A stretch of DNA of 64,000 nucleotides from Sedimentibacter sp. (GTDB lineage Bacteria; Bacillota; Clostridia; Tissierellales; Sedimentibacteraceae). A program made the translations under genes and the position numbers. The stretch's first letter is position 1; each line of letters starts with the position of its first letter. Positions 19,377-29,351 of this stretch are shown here, piece by piece. The notes beneath the pieces are model-generated. The model made no database searches. It was not told the DNA's origin and was given only the letters and a program-made list of their open reading frames with translations. The stretch covers positions 21,780 to 85,779 of the forward strand of contig NZ_JAWQJF010000061.1 in assembly GCF_033447055.1 (NCBI RefSeq), in the 5' to 3' direction.

Positions 19377-21404
19377 ATGATAAATAATTTAGACATATCA
19401 AAAGCAATGACAATTAAATTAGATGATGTTCTTCCCGATTACCCTGTTTTTAAGGAAAATATTAGAAGGGCACCTAAAAGAGAGCTCACATTAAATGAAA
19501 GAGAAATAAAACTTGCTTTAAAAAATGCATTGAGGTATGTTCCGGAAAGTTTACATGAGAAGCTGGCACCTGAATTTTTAGATGAATTGATGACTCGCGG
19601 TAGAATTTATGGATACAGGTTTATGCCTAAGGAAAGAATTTATGGGAAATCAATCGATGAATATAAAGGAAAATGTGTTGAAGGCAAAGCTTTTCAAGTT
19701 ATGATAGACAATAATTTAAACCATGAAGTTGCTCTTTATCCTTACGAATTGGTTACTTACGGTGAAACAGGTCAAGTTTGTCAAAATTGGATGCAGTATC
19801 AATTGATTAAAAAATATTTGGAAGAATTGACTGATGAACAGACACTTGCAGTTGTGTCAGGCCATCCTCTCGGTTTGTTCGCTTCTCATAAAACAAGTCC
19901 AAGAGCGATTATTACAAACGGTTTGATGATTGGTATGTTTGATAATCCTCACGATTGGTCAAAGGCAACCGCAATGGGATGTTCAAGCTATGGGCAGATG
20001 ACAGCAGGGGGATGGATGTACATAGGACCTCAGGGAATAGTTCATGGAACATATAACACTTTAATAAATGCAGGTAGAAAAGAATTAGGAATTCCTGATG
20101 ATAAGGACTTGGCCGGGCATTTGTTCATAACTTCAGGCTTGGGAGGAATGAGCGGCGCACAAGGCAAAGCAGTGGAAATTGCCAATGGAGTAGGAATTAT
20201 TGCTGAAGTTGATTATTCAAGAATTGAAACAAGATTAAAACAAGGATGGGTATCTAAAGCAACTAACAATTTAGAGGAAGCATTTTCGATTGCAAAAGAA
20301 TTCATAAATAAAAAACAAGCTATTTCTATTGCTTATCACGGGAATATAGTTGACCTTTTGGAATTTGCAGTTGATAATAATATTCATGTTGATTTATTAT
20401 CTGACCAGACATCTTGCCACGTTCCTTATGATGGAGGATATTGTCCTAAAGGTCTTACATTTGATGAGAGAACAGAATTGTTGAATACTGAAAAAGAAAA
20501 ATTCAATGAACTTGTAAATAAAACATTAGTCGAACATTTCACGGCTGTTAAAACATTGGTGGAAAGAGGCACATATTTCTTTGATTATGGCAATGCATTC
20601 ATGAAAGCAGTGTTTGATTCAGGTGTTAAAGAAATTGCTAAAAACGGTGTTGATACAAGTGAAGGCTTTATATTCCCATCTTATGTTGAAGATATTATGG
20701 GACCAATGCTCTTTGACTATGGCTATGGACCTTTCAGATGGGTGTGCTTAAGTGGAAAACCTGAAGATTTAAGAAAAACAGATCATGCTGCTATGTCAAT
20801 TATCAATCCTGAAAGAAGAGGTCAGGACAGAGATAATTATATTTGGATACGCGATGCTGAAAAAAATAAATTAGTTGTTGGTACACAAGCTCGTATTCTG
20901 TATCAAGATGCTATGGGTAGAAGAGATATTGCACTGAAGTTCAATGAAATGATAAGGAACGGTGAAATAGGTCCTATTATGCTCGGAAGAGATCATCATG
21001 ATGCCGGAGGAACTGATTCTCCATTTAGGGAAACATCAAATATTTATGACGGAAGCAATGTTACATCTGACATGGCAGTGCAATGCTTTGCAGGCAATGC
21101 ATCAAGAGGGATGAGTTTAGTTGCACTTCACAACGGTGGAGGAGTTGGAATAAGCAAAGCTATTAACGGCGGATTTGGAATGGTTCTTGATGGAAGTAAA
21201 AGGGTTGATGAAATATTGTATAAGTCCATGCCTTGGGATACAATGGTTGGAGTATCAAGAAGAAGCTGGGCAAGAAACGAGCACTCAATTGAAACAACTG
21301 TTGAATATAACAAACAGTATGCAGGTCGTGACCACATAACAATACCATTTGTTGCAAGTGATGAATTAATAAATAAAACATTGGACAATTACAATAAGAA
21401 CTAG
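19377..21404 (+). CDS. hutU: Urocanate hydratase (long form)
   Basis: 675 aa. Motifs GLGGMSGAQGKA, GNAFM and HDAGGTDSP. RBS ggaggt. Confidence 0.93.
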   Translation: MINNLDISKAMTIKLDDVLPDYPVFKENIRRAPKRELTLNEREIKLALKNALRYVPESLHEKLAPEFLDELMTRGRIYGYRFMPKERIYGKSIDEYKGKCVEGKAFQVMIDNNLNHEVALYPYELVTYGETGQVCQNWMQYQLIKKYLEELTDEQTLAVVSGHPLGLFASHKTSPRAIITNGLMIGMFDNPHDWSKATAMGCSSYGQMTAGGWMYIGPQGIVHGTYNTLINAGRKELGIPDDKDLAGHLFITSGLGGMSGAQGKAVEIANGVGIIAEVDYSRIETRLKQGWVSKATNNLEEAFSIAKEFINKKQAISIAYHGNIVDLLEFAVDNNIHVDLLSDQTSCHVPYDGGYCPKGLTFDERTELLNTEKEKFNELVNKTLVEHFTAVKTLVERGTYFFDYGNAFMKAVFDSGVKEIAKNGVDTSEGFIFPSYVEDIMGPMLFDYGYGPFRWVCLSGKPEDLRKTDHAAMSIINPERRGQDRDNYIWIRDAEKNKLVVGTQARILYQDAMGRRDIALKFNEMIRNGEIGPIMLGRDHHDAGGTDSPFRETSNIYDGSNVTSDMAVQCFAGNASRGMSLVALHNGGGVGISKAINGGFGMVLDGSKRVDEILYKSMPWDTMVGVSRRSWARNEHSIETTVEYNKQYAGRDHITIPFVASDELINKTLDNYNKN

Positions 21405-21413
21405 GAGAAGATT

Positions 21414-22305
21414 ATGGGAAAAATTATAGAATGTGTTCCAAATTTCAGCGAAGGAAGAGACTTGAAAAAATTAGAAAAAATTCTTGATGTGTTCAGAGGA
21501 AGACGTGATGTTAAACTTTTGGATTATTCAAGTGATGAGGACCACAATAGAACAGTTGTAACACTAGTGGGAGAACCGGATGCGTTAAAGCAAGCAATGG
21601 TAGAAGCAATTGGCAAAGCTGTAGAATTAATTGACTTAACACATCATGAAGGACAGCACCCTCGTATGGGTGCGGTAGATGTTGTTCCTTTTATACCTAT
21701 AAAAAATGTTACAATAGAAGAAGCTGATGAATTAGCGAAATCAATTGCTAAAGAAGCATCTGAAAAGTACAATCTTCCATTCTTTTTATATGAAAAATCA
21801 GCAACAGCTCCTCACAGAGAAAATCTTGCGAGCATTAGGAAAGGTCAGTTTGAGGGAATGGCTGAAAAAATGAAAGATGCTATGTGGAAGCCTGATTTTG
21901 GTCCTGAAACTATTCATCCTACGGCAGGAGTTACAGCAATTGGAGCAAGGATGCCTCTTGTTGCTTACAATGTAAATCTTTCAACCAACAATTTGGAAAT
22001 TGCCAGTAAAATTGCAAAACAAGTAAGACATATATAACGGCGGCTTCAGATATGTAAAAGCTCTTGGCATAGAGCTTGAAGACAGAGGAATCGTCCAGGT
22101 ATCCATGAATTTAACTGATTACACAAAAACTTCCATATATCGTGTTTTTGAAACTATAAAAATGGAAGCAGCAAGATATGGTGTTAATATTGTAGGAAGT
22201 GAAATAGTGGGACTTGTACCAATGCAAGCTTTGGTTGATACAGCAGATTATTATTTGAGACTGGAGAATTTTACAACGAACCAGGTTCTTGAAACAAGAC
22301 TCTAG
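21414..22305 (+). pseudogene. Glutamate formimidoyltransferase interrupted by a +1 frameshift (or a sequencing error)
   Basis: The N-terminal ORF 21414-22037 reads IECVPNFSEGRD...HPRMGAVDVVPF. The continuation GGFRYVKALGIELEDRGIVQVSMNLTDY... to 22305 is in the +1 frame. The switch must fall inside gacatata (22027-22034). The total of 892 nt equals 297 codons plus 1 nt. Confidence 0.8.
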
Positions 22306-22314
22306 TAAAACTTT

Positions 22315-22335
22315 TCCCTCCGCATTTTGCGGAGG
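22315..22335 (+). promoter_or_regulatory. GC-rich intercistronic hairpin without a U-tract
   Basis: ccctccgc-atttt-gcggaggg lies between the formimidoyltransferase and hutI. No T-run follows it. Confidence 0.35.
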
Positions 22336-22358
22336 GAATTATATGTGAAAGGAGAAAC

Positions 22359-23606
22359 ATGAAAAGACTAATTATAAAGAATGCATCTGAACTTATTACA
22401 TGCAAGGGTAAAAGTCCTAAGCACGGAAAAGATATGTCTGATATCGGTTTAATCAAGAACGGATGCGTAGTTGTTGAGGCGGACAAAATAGTTGATGTTG
22501 GCGCAACTGATGATATTTTAAAAAAATATGATGAATATGATTATGCTGTAATTGATGCCAAAGATAAAGCTGTTTTGCCTGGATTTATTGACTCACACAC
22601 GCATTTAATATTTGGAGGTTACAGGGCGGATGAATTTTCGTGGAGGATGCGCGGAGATAACTACATGTCTATAATGGAACGTGGAGGAGGAATAACAAGT
22701 ACGGTAAGAGCAACAAGAAATACATCTCTTGAAGAATTTGTAGAAGTCGGCAAAAAAAGACTGGACAAAATTTTGGATATGGGAGTCACAACCGTTGAAG
22801 GAAAAAGCGGTTACGGACTTGATTATGAAACAGAAATAAGACAGCTTGAAGCTATGCAAAAGCTTAACGAAATTCATTCTGTTGATATTGTCCCCACTTT
22901 TCTTGGACCTCACAGCGTATTGCCTGAATATAAGGGTAGGGAAGATTTTTTTATTGATTTCATGATTAATGAAGTGTTAAACAAAGTTGCAGAAAAAAAT
23001 CTTGCTGAATTTGCAGATATATTTTGCGAAAAAAATGTATTTTCAATTGAGCAGTCAAGAAAATTTTTAACTGCTGCAAAACATGCAGGATTGAAATTGA
23101 AAATACATGCCGATGAAATGGTACAGCTAGGTGGAACAGAGCTTGCTGTTGAACTGGGTTGTGTCTCTGCAGATCATTTGCTTCAAGCATCTGATGAAGG
23201 CATAAAAAAACTTTCTGCATCTAATACTATTGCAACACTTTTGCCTGCAACAGCATTTTGCTTAAAGGAAGAATATGCAAGGGGAAGGCATATGATTGAT
23301 TCCGGATGTGCTGTAGCTCTTGCTACAGATTTTAATCCCGGAAGCTGTTTTACAAATTCAATTCCTTTAATAATTGCACTTGCTGCATTGCATATGAATA
23401 TGTCAATTGAAGAAATAATAACCGCACTGACTGTAAATGCAGCTGCGGCAGTAAATAGAAGCGATACAATAGGAAGCATTGAAATAGGCAAAAAAGCAGA
23501 TATCATAATATTGGAATATCCATCAATTAATTTTCTGCCGTATCATGCAACTGTTAATATTGTTGAAACTGTAATTAAAAACGGACAAATTGTGAGGGGG
23601 AAATAA
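22359..23606 (+). CDS. hutI: Imidazolonepropionase
   Basis: Amidohydrolase motifs DSHTHL, KIHADE and ATDFNPGS. 415 aa. Confidence 0.93.
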   Translation: MKRLIIKNASELITCKGKSPKHGKDMSDIGLIKNGCVVVEADKIVDVGATDDILKKYDEYDYAVIDAKDKAVLPGFIDSHTHLIFGGYRADEFSWRMRGDNYMSIMERGGGITSTVRATRNTSLEEFVEVGKKRLDKILDMGVTTVEGKSGYGLDYETEIRQLEAMQKLNEIHSVDIVPTFLGPHSVLPEYKGREDFFIDFMINEVLNKVAEKNLAEFADIFCEKNVFSIEQSRKFLTAAKHAGLKLKIHADEMVQLGGTELAVELGCVSADHLLQASDEGIKKLSASNTIATLLPATAFCLKEEYARGRHMIDSGCAVALATDFNPGSCFTNSIPLIIALAALHMNMSIEEIITALTVNAAAAVNRSDTIGSIEIGKKADIIILEYPSINFLPYHATVNIVETVIKNGQIVRGK

Positions 23607-23607
23607 C

Positions 23608-24222
23608 ATGAAAAATATGACTTTATATAAATTTACAGAACAGGTTGCTTCTAGTTCTCCTGTTCCTGGAGGTGGCAGTATAGCCGCTGTATGTGGCGCT
23701 CTTAGTGTAGCTTTAGCTGAAATGGTTGCTAATCTTACTGTCGGAAAGAAAAAATATATTGAAGCGGAAGAAGAAATGTATGAAATTAAGAACAAAGCAG
23801 TTGTTTTAAGAAATCAGCTTTTAGATGATATTGAAAGAGACAGTTATGCTTACAATAAAGTTATGGAAGCATACAAGTTGCCAAAATCAACTGATGAGGA
23901 AATAATTGTACGTCAAAAGGCAATTGAAGAAAGTTCAAAAATTGCAGCAACAGTTCCACTTCAAATAGCAGAAACATCTTTTGAAATATTTCCATTAGCC
24001 AACTCCGTAGTATCAAGAGGCAATTCAAATGCAGTTACTGATGGTCTTGTTGCAGCAATGTTAGCCAGAACTTCTGTTTTGTCTGCTTTATTAAATGTGA
24101 GAATTAATTTGAATTCAATAAATGACAAAGAATTTGTAAATGAGTTTAAAAAAAGAGCAGATATTCTTCAGGAAGATACTGTTGCATATGAGAAAAAAAT
24201 ATTGGAATTATCCCCATTTTAG
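23608..24222 (+). CDS. Formimidoyltetrahydrofolate cyclodeaminase-like protein (FTCD C-terminal domain family)
   Basis: SPVPGGGSIAAVCGALSVALAEMVANLT is the typical N-terminal motif. 204 aa, helical. Confidence 0.85.
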   Translation: MKNMTLYKFTEQVASSSPVPGGGSIAAVCGALSVALAEMVANLTVGKKKYIEAEEEMYEIKNKAVVLRNQLLDDIERDSYAYNKVMEAYKLPKSTDEEIIVRQKAIEESSKIAATVPLQIAETSFEIFPLANSVVSRGNSNAVTDGLVAAMLARTSVLSALLNVRINLNSINDKEFVNEFKKRADILQEDTVAYEKKILELSPF

Positions 24223-24231
24223 TGGTATAAT
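24202..24231 (+). promoter_or_regulatory. Internal promoter candidate for hutP
   Basis: TTGGAA (24202-24207), 18-nt spacer, TGgTATAAT (extended -10, TATAAT at 24226-24231). Confidence 0.45.
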
Positions 24232-24294
24232 TAAATCAATTGATGCTATTGAGGTTATTCAAATGCTCAGAATAATTATTCTATGGGAGCGGTT

Positions 24295-24732
24295 ATGAAA
24301 AAAAAGGGAATTGGTAAAATTGCATTATTGCTGGCACTTACCGATGTTGATGTAGAAAAATTGCAACATTTTTATGAAAGCAAGAATTATGTTATTTTCA
24401 AGGGACAGGCAGGTTCTATGGATGCTAAAAAAATTGTGGCAGCAATAGAAACAGCAGCGTCACGTGAGGATATAATAAGAGAAAATTATCATGAGGAACA
24501 TGCTCTTTATCATGCAATTATTGAAGCTCTAAGTGGATACTGCAGAGGTCAGGTTATGCTTGGGGAGGTTTTAAGAACTGCTGGCTTGACATTTACCATA
24601 GTCAGGGGAAATTTATTAGAAGATGATATTTCAAGCGGAAATTGGATTGCTGTTGTTCTTTATGGTCAAATAGGTTCTCCAAGAAGAGGATTTGAGCATG
24701 AAGCAGTAGGAATGGGAATTCAGCCAATATGA
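24295..24732 (+). CDS. hutP: HutP-family RNA-binding antiterminator
   Basis: The core EEHALYHAIIEALSGYCRGQVMLGEVLRTAGLTFTIVRG resembles HutP. Start at ATG 24295 (gggag RBS); ATG 24283 is also possible. Confidence 0.8.
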   Translation: MKKKGIGKIALLLALTDVDVEKLQHFYESKNYVIFKGQAGSMDAKKIVAAIETAASREDIIRENYHEEHALYHAIIEALSGYCRGQVMLGEVLRTAGLTFTIVRGNLLEDDISSGNWIAVVLYGQIGSPRRGFEHEAVGMGIQPI

Positions 24733-24750
24733 TAGAGAGGCAGAAATAAT

Positions 24751-25650
24751 ATGAATACATCTTATCTAAGAACTTTTATAGAAGTAATAAACTTGAAAAA
24801 TATATCAAAGGCTGCAGAAAAACTATTTGTTACTCAACCGGCGGTATCAAAACAGCTTCAATTGCTTGAAAAAGATTTTGGTTCCGAGTTATTCAAAAAA
24901 AACGGAAGAGAAATAATTCCAACTGAAGAAGGGTACATGCTTTATAAATACGATAAGAAGTTGCTTAGTGAAGAAAATGAAATTTATTCCATGCTTAGAC
25001 GAGATGGCGATAAAATGGCTGGAAATTTAACAGTTTACACAAGTTCTATGCCGGCTGACTATTATATTCATGATTTAATCATAGAATTCAGTCATATGTA
25101 TCCTGACATTACATATATAATTAAAAAAATTGATTCTGACATGGTATTTAAAAATATCGAAGAAGGATTTACAAGTTTTGGTTTCACCGGAACACCATAT
25201 AAAAATAAAAAGATTAAAAATATATGCATAGCAGAAGATGAGGTTGTAGTTGTTGCTTCTACCCAAAAAAGTAAAGAATTTAATAGTGATACTATATCGT
25301 TAAATGAACTTTTGAAGCAAAAATTTATCGTGAGGGAAAAAGGCTCTGCCACATTGCAGTTATTTGAGAACTATCTAATACAAAAACGAGTAAAATTAAA
25401 TGATTTAAACATTATAATTCAAGCAGAAGACAATGACATAATCAAAAAATTTATAATAAACAACTTAGGAGTGGCAGTTCTTCCTAAAAAAGCAGTTGAA
25501 ATTGAAATTAATGAGGGTAAAGTATTTATCTTGAATATTGAAGGAATGGAGCTTAAAAGAAAACTATATTATGTTTATGAAGATGACAGGTATTTTTCTA
25601 AGGCAGAACAAAAATTCAAGGAATTTATGATTGGAAAGCATAAATGCTAG
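24751..25650 (+). CDS. LysR-family transcriptional regulator
   Basis: N-terminal HTH LRTFIEVINLKNISKAAEKLFVTQPAVSKQLQLLE plus a substrate-binding domain of LysR length. Confidence 0.9.
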   Translation: MNTSYLRTFIEVINLKNISKAAEKLFVTQPAVSKQLQLLEKDFGSELFKKNGREIIPTEEGYMLYKYDKKLLSEENEIYSMLRRDGDKMAGNLTVYTSSMPADYYIHDLIIEFSHMYPDITYIIKKIDSDMVFKNIEEGFTSFGFTGTPYKNKKIKNICIAEDEVVVVASTQKSKEFNSDTISLNELLKQKFIVREKGSATLQLFENYLIQKRVKLNDLNIIIQAEDNDIIKKFIINNLGVAVLPKKAVEIEINEGKVFILNIEGMELKRKLYYVYEDDRYFSKAEQKFKEFMIGKHKC

Positions 25651-25667
25651 TTAAAATATAATAAAAC

Positions 25668-25689
25668 AAGGTCTGGGAATCCAGACCTT
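25668..25689. terminator. Bidirectional terminator
   Basis: aaggtctgg-gaat-ccagacctt, with T-rich tracts on both strands. It lies downstream of the LysR gene (+) and of the small ORF (-). Confidence 0.65.
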
Positions 25690-25698
25690 AATTCATTT

Positions 25699-25809
25699 TT
25701 ACAAGTCTATATTGCCGCACTGGCAGAATAAAATTACTAACAGTAAGAAGAAGAATAGTAAATTTGTTCCGCCAAATCCGCCTACATTATTTTCATGGAA
25801 ACATCCCAT
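25699..25809 (-). CDS. 36-aa hydrophobic peptide, YjcZ-like (sporulation-type small protein); not in the ORF track
   Basis: Minus strand: AAGGAGGT, then 7 nt, then ATG. Translation MGCFHENNVGGFGGTNLLFFFLLLVILFCQCGNIDL, then stop. The GGF(G) plus hydrophobic tail pattern resembles YjcZ-family peptides (from memory). Confidence 0.6.
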   Translation of the reverse strand: MGCFHENNVGGFGGTNLLFFFLLLVILFCQCGNIDL

Positions 25810-25878
25810 AATTGAAACCTCCTTAAGTTCTTATTTAACTTATTATATGAGTGAGGTTTTTTACGGTTACTGGGATTT

Positions 25879-26469
25879 TTAAAATAATAAACTATTTAGT
25901 CTTTTATTAACTACTCCAAAATCTAAATTTTCTAAAAATGCATCAATATAAAGACTTCTGTTTATACCGTAATCTATCATGTATGAATGTTCATAAACAT
26001 CAAGCACTATCAAAGGTTCTGCATATAGCATTACTCCGTCATCATGAGAGTCCTGCCCGTAAATGTAATATTCTTTGTTATACTTATCGTAACAAAACAA
26101 AACCCAACCCCTCATGGACATCGCAATGCATTTGAATTTGTCTAGGAAATTGTCGTATGTTCCAAAAACATCTTTGACTATTTTTTCCATAGGTCCTGAA
26201 ATATTTGTGTTGTTTCCTGTTAAATTTTCAAAATAAAGTTCATGAAGTTTTATGGCGTCACAGCAGAAAGATTTTGACTTTTGGGCGGACCTTATATTGC
26301 TGTAGTTTTGGTTGCAGTCGGAGTATATATTGTTTTGCTTTAAGTCAACATTAACTTTATTCAAACAATCTATGTACTTGGTATATAAAGCATAATGTTC
26401 ACTGAGTTGCATAGGGGAAAAGAATTTTACATTAGAAAAATTGTAGTTTTTTGGTTCAATCATATTCAA
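25879..26469 (-). CDS. Fe/Mn superoxide dismutase family protein (divergent)
   Basis: The C-terminal signature DVYEHSYMIDYGINR compares with D-x-W-E-H-A-Y-Y, and LHELYFENL with N-H-x-x-F-W. The N-terminal His pair is only partly conserved (SEHYALYTKY). Confidence 0.65.
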   Translation of the reverse strand: MNMIEPKNYNFSNVKFFSPMQLSEHYALYTKYIDCLNKVNVDLKQNNIYSDCNQNYSNIRSAQKSKSFCCDAIKLHELYFENLTGNNTNISGPMEKIVKDVFGTYDNFLDKFKCIAMSMRGWVLFCYDKYNKEYYIYGQDSHDDGVMLYAEPLIVLDVYEHSYMIDYGINRSLYIDAFLENLDFGVVNKRLNSLLF

Positions 26470-26627
26470 AAATATTTCACCTCCGTATCAATAATAAATT
26501 ATATGTTTGAGGAATCAATATATGATAAATGAAAATATTCCTTTACCCTTGTAATATTAATTGTTATAATAAAAATAATAATTGAACATCAAACAGCTAT
26601 GCAACTATAAAACACAAAGGAGATTTC

Positions 26628-29351
26628 ATGGAAAATAAAATTATGATATTGGACGGGAATAGTTTGCTTTTCAGAGCATTTTATGCAATGCCTCCTCTAA
26701 AAACTAAAAAAGGACAATATACAAATGCTGTTTATGGATTTTTAAGCATGTTGTATAAACTTTTGGATATATATTCTCCTGAGTATATTTGTGTTGCTTT
26801 TGATCCTAAAAAACCTACATTCAGGCATGAACAATACAAAGATTACAAAGCTAACAGAGCTAAAGCTCCTAATGAATTAGTTGAACAATTTCAGCTTATA
26901 AGAGACGTTCTTGAAATACATAAAATAAAATGCATTGAAATTGAAGGATTTGAAGCCGATGATGTTGCAGGTACTTTTGCAAATGCTGCGGAACAAAATG
27001 GTTCACAGGTTCTTTTAGTAACAAGCGATAAGGATTATTTGCAGTTAATCGATGATAACACTAAAGTAATTTTGACAAAAAAAGGGGTTACCAATATTCA
27101 GGAAATGAACATGCAATCCATGTGGGATGAATATGGCATAACTCCTACACAGTTTGTGGATTTAAAAGCTTTAATGGGAGATCAGTCTGATAATATACCT
27201 GGTGTGGGTGGAGTTGGGGAAAAAACCGCCCTTAAACTTGTACAGGAATATGGAAGTCTGGATAATATTTATGACAATATTGACAATATAAAAGGAAAAT
27301 TAAAGGAAAAACTTGAAACAGATAAAATGCAGGCATACATGAGTTTGAGTTTAGCGCGCATCGTAAGAGATATTCCCATTGATTTTAATATGCAGGATTA
27401 CAAAATTCAAGAACCTGAAGAGAAACGGCTTTCACTTTTGTACGATGAACTGGAATTCAGAACATTTAAAAAAAGAATTGCAGAAGAGCAAAGCCAAGGT
27501 GATTTACAATTTTCCATGTTTGATGCAGTGGAAAACAATGAAAATAAAAAAAATTGCGAAGTGACAACAATTAAAAGTGAAATTATATACGTTGAGAATG
27601 AAAGTGAAATTGATGAAATAGTTAAAAATGTAAATAAGGCTGGAAGGGCAGCATTGAAGTTTATACTCGATTGTGAGAGAACTTTGGACAGCGAAGCTGT
27701 AGCATTAGGAATTTCAGATGGCGATAATATTTATTATATAGATTTTCAAAAGATAAATGAAAAGATTGTTTTGGAAAAGCTAAAAAATATTTTTCAAAAT
27801 AAGGATATTTTAATTTTAGGTCACAATATTAAAAATGAAATAATTTATTTAATGAAAAAAAATATTGAGCTTAATGGAATTTCATATGATTCTGAAATTG
27901 GAAAATATATTTTAAATCCATCAGAAAGTTCATATTCAATTGATAAAATTGCGTATGAATATTTAAATGTAGAAATTCTTTCGGAAAATGAAATTTTAGG
28001 AACAGGAAAAAAGAAAATTTCATTTAGGGAATTGGAATTGGAAAATAAAAAAAGGTATTTGTATAATTTTATAACAACTGTAATCAGAACAGAAAAACAA
28101 ATTCTTTCTGAAATAGATGAGCTTGAAATGACGGATCTTTACGAAAATATTGAAATTCCTCTCATTGAAGTTTTAGCATACATGGAATTTATTGGATTTA
28201 AAGTAGATTTTAATGTGCTTGACAATCTTGGAATTCATTTTCAGGAAAAAATTACTCAATTAGAAAAAGAAATATATGAATTTGCAGGTGAAAGCTTCAA
28301 TATTAATTCTCCAAAACAGCTTGCATCAATACTTTTTGAAAAACTGGGTCTTAAGGTAATTAAGAAAACAAAGACAGGTATTTCAACGGATTTTGAAGTT
28401 TTAGAAAAACTTAAGGCAGAGCATAAAATTGTTGGCTTAATAATTGAGTACAGACAAATGGTTAAGTTCAATTCAACATATGTCGAGGGTTTGAAGAATT
28501 TAACAAACAAGGAAACAGGCAGAGTGCATTCTGTTTTTAATCAAACTATTGCTGCCACAGGAAGAATATCAAGCACAGAGCCAAATTTGCAAAATATTCC
28601 CACACGTACTGAAGAAGGAAGAGAACTTCGAAAAGCATTTGTTGCCGATGAAGGTTTTGTACTTTGTGATGCAGATTATTCGCAAATTGAGCTTAGGGTT
28701 TTGGCACATCTTGCCGATGAACAAAATCTTATTGACGCTTTTCGTAACAATGCTGATATACATACGAAGACTGCTTCACAGGTATTCCACGTCAATGTCG
28801 AAGATGTAACTTCTACAATGAGAAGCAGGGCAAAAGCTGTTAATTTTGGAATTGTATATGGCATAAGTGATTATGGATTAAGCAGAGATTTAGGAATTCC
28901 CAGAAAAGAAGCAAAGCAGTATATTGATAATTACCTTTCTTTTTATAGCAATATTGAAAAATATATGAAAGATATTGTCGAACAAGGCAAAAGAGACGGG
29001 TATGTTAAAACTTATTTTGGACGGAGAAGATATATACCTGAGCTTGCTTCAAGAAATTTCAACATTCGTTCATTTGGTGAAAGAATAGCTCTTAACACTC
29101 CTGTTCAAGGTACTGCAGCAGATATAATAAAAGCTGCCATGGTCGGAGTTTACAATAGACTTAAAAAAAATAAAATGAAGTCTCGACTAATTTTGCAAGT
29201 TCACGATGAGTTGATTATAGAATCATATAAGGGAGAACTTGAAGATGTTAAAATAATCATAAAAGAAGAAATGGAAAATGTGGTTAACAATTTAAAAGTT
29301 CATTTGGAATCAGATGTAAATGTGGGCGGTAGTTGGTATGAAGCTAAATAA
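26628..29351 (+). CDS. polA: DNA polymerase I
   Basis: 907 aa. A 5'-nuclease N-terminus, then Pol A motifs DYSQIELRVLAH, RSRAKAVNFGIVYG and QVHDELI. Confidence 0.96.
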   Translation: MENKIMILDGNSLLFRAFYAMPPLKTKKGQYTNAVYGFLSMLYKLLDIYSPEYICVAFDPKKPTFRHEQYKDYKANRAKAPNELVEQFQLIRDVLEIHKIKCIEIEGFEADDVAGTFANAAEQNGSQVLLVTSDKDYLQLIDDNTKVILTKKGVTNIQEMNMQSMWDEYGITPTQFVDLKALMGDQSDNIPGVGGVGEKTALKLVQEYGSLDNIYDNIDNIKGKLKEKLETDKMQAYMSLSLARIVRDIPIDFNMQDYKIQEPEEKRLSLLYDELEFRTFKKRIAEEQSQGDLQFSMFDAVENNENKKNCEVTTIKSEIIYVENESEIDEIVKNVNKAGRAALKFILDCERTLDSEAVALGISDGDNIYYIDFQKINEKIVLEKLKNIFQNKDILILGHNIKNEIIYLMKKNIELNGISYDSEIGKYILNPSESSYSIDKIAYEYLNVEILSENEILGTGKKKISFRELELENKKRYLYNFITTVIRTEKQILSEIDELEMTDLYENIEIPLIEVLAYMEFIGFKVDFNVLDNLGIHFQEKITQLEKEIYEFAGESFNINSPKQLASILFEKLGLKVIKKTKTGISTDFEVLEKLKAEHKIVGLIIEYRQMVKFNSTYVEGLKNLTNKETGRVHSVFNQTIAATGRISSTEPNLQNIPTRTEEGRELRKAFVADEGFVLCDADYSQIELRVLAHLADEQNLIDAFRNNADIHTKTASQVFHVNVEDVTSTMRSRAKAVNFGIVYGISDYGLSRDLGIPRKEAKQYIDNYLSFYSNIEKYMKDIVEQGKRDGYVKTYFGRRRYIPELASRNFNIRSFGERIALNTPVQGTAADIIKAAMVGVYNRLKKNKMKSRLILQVHDELIIESYKGELEDVKIIIKEEMENVVNNLKVHLESDVNVGGSWYEAK

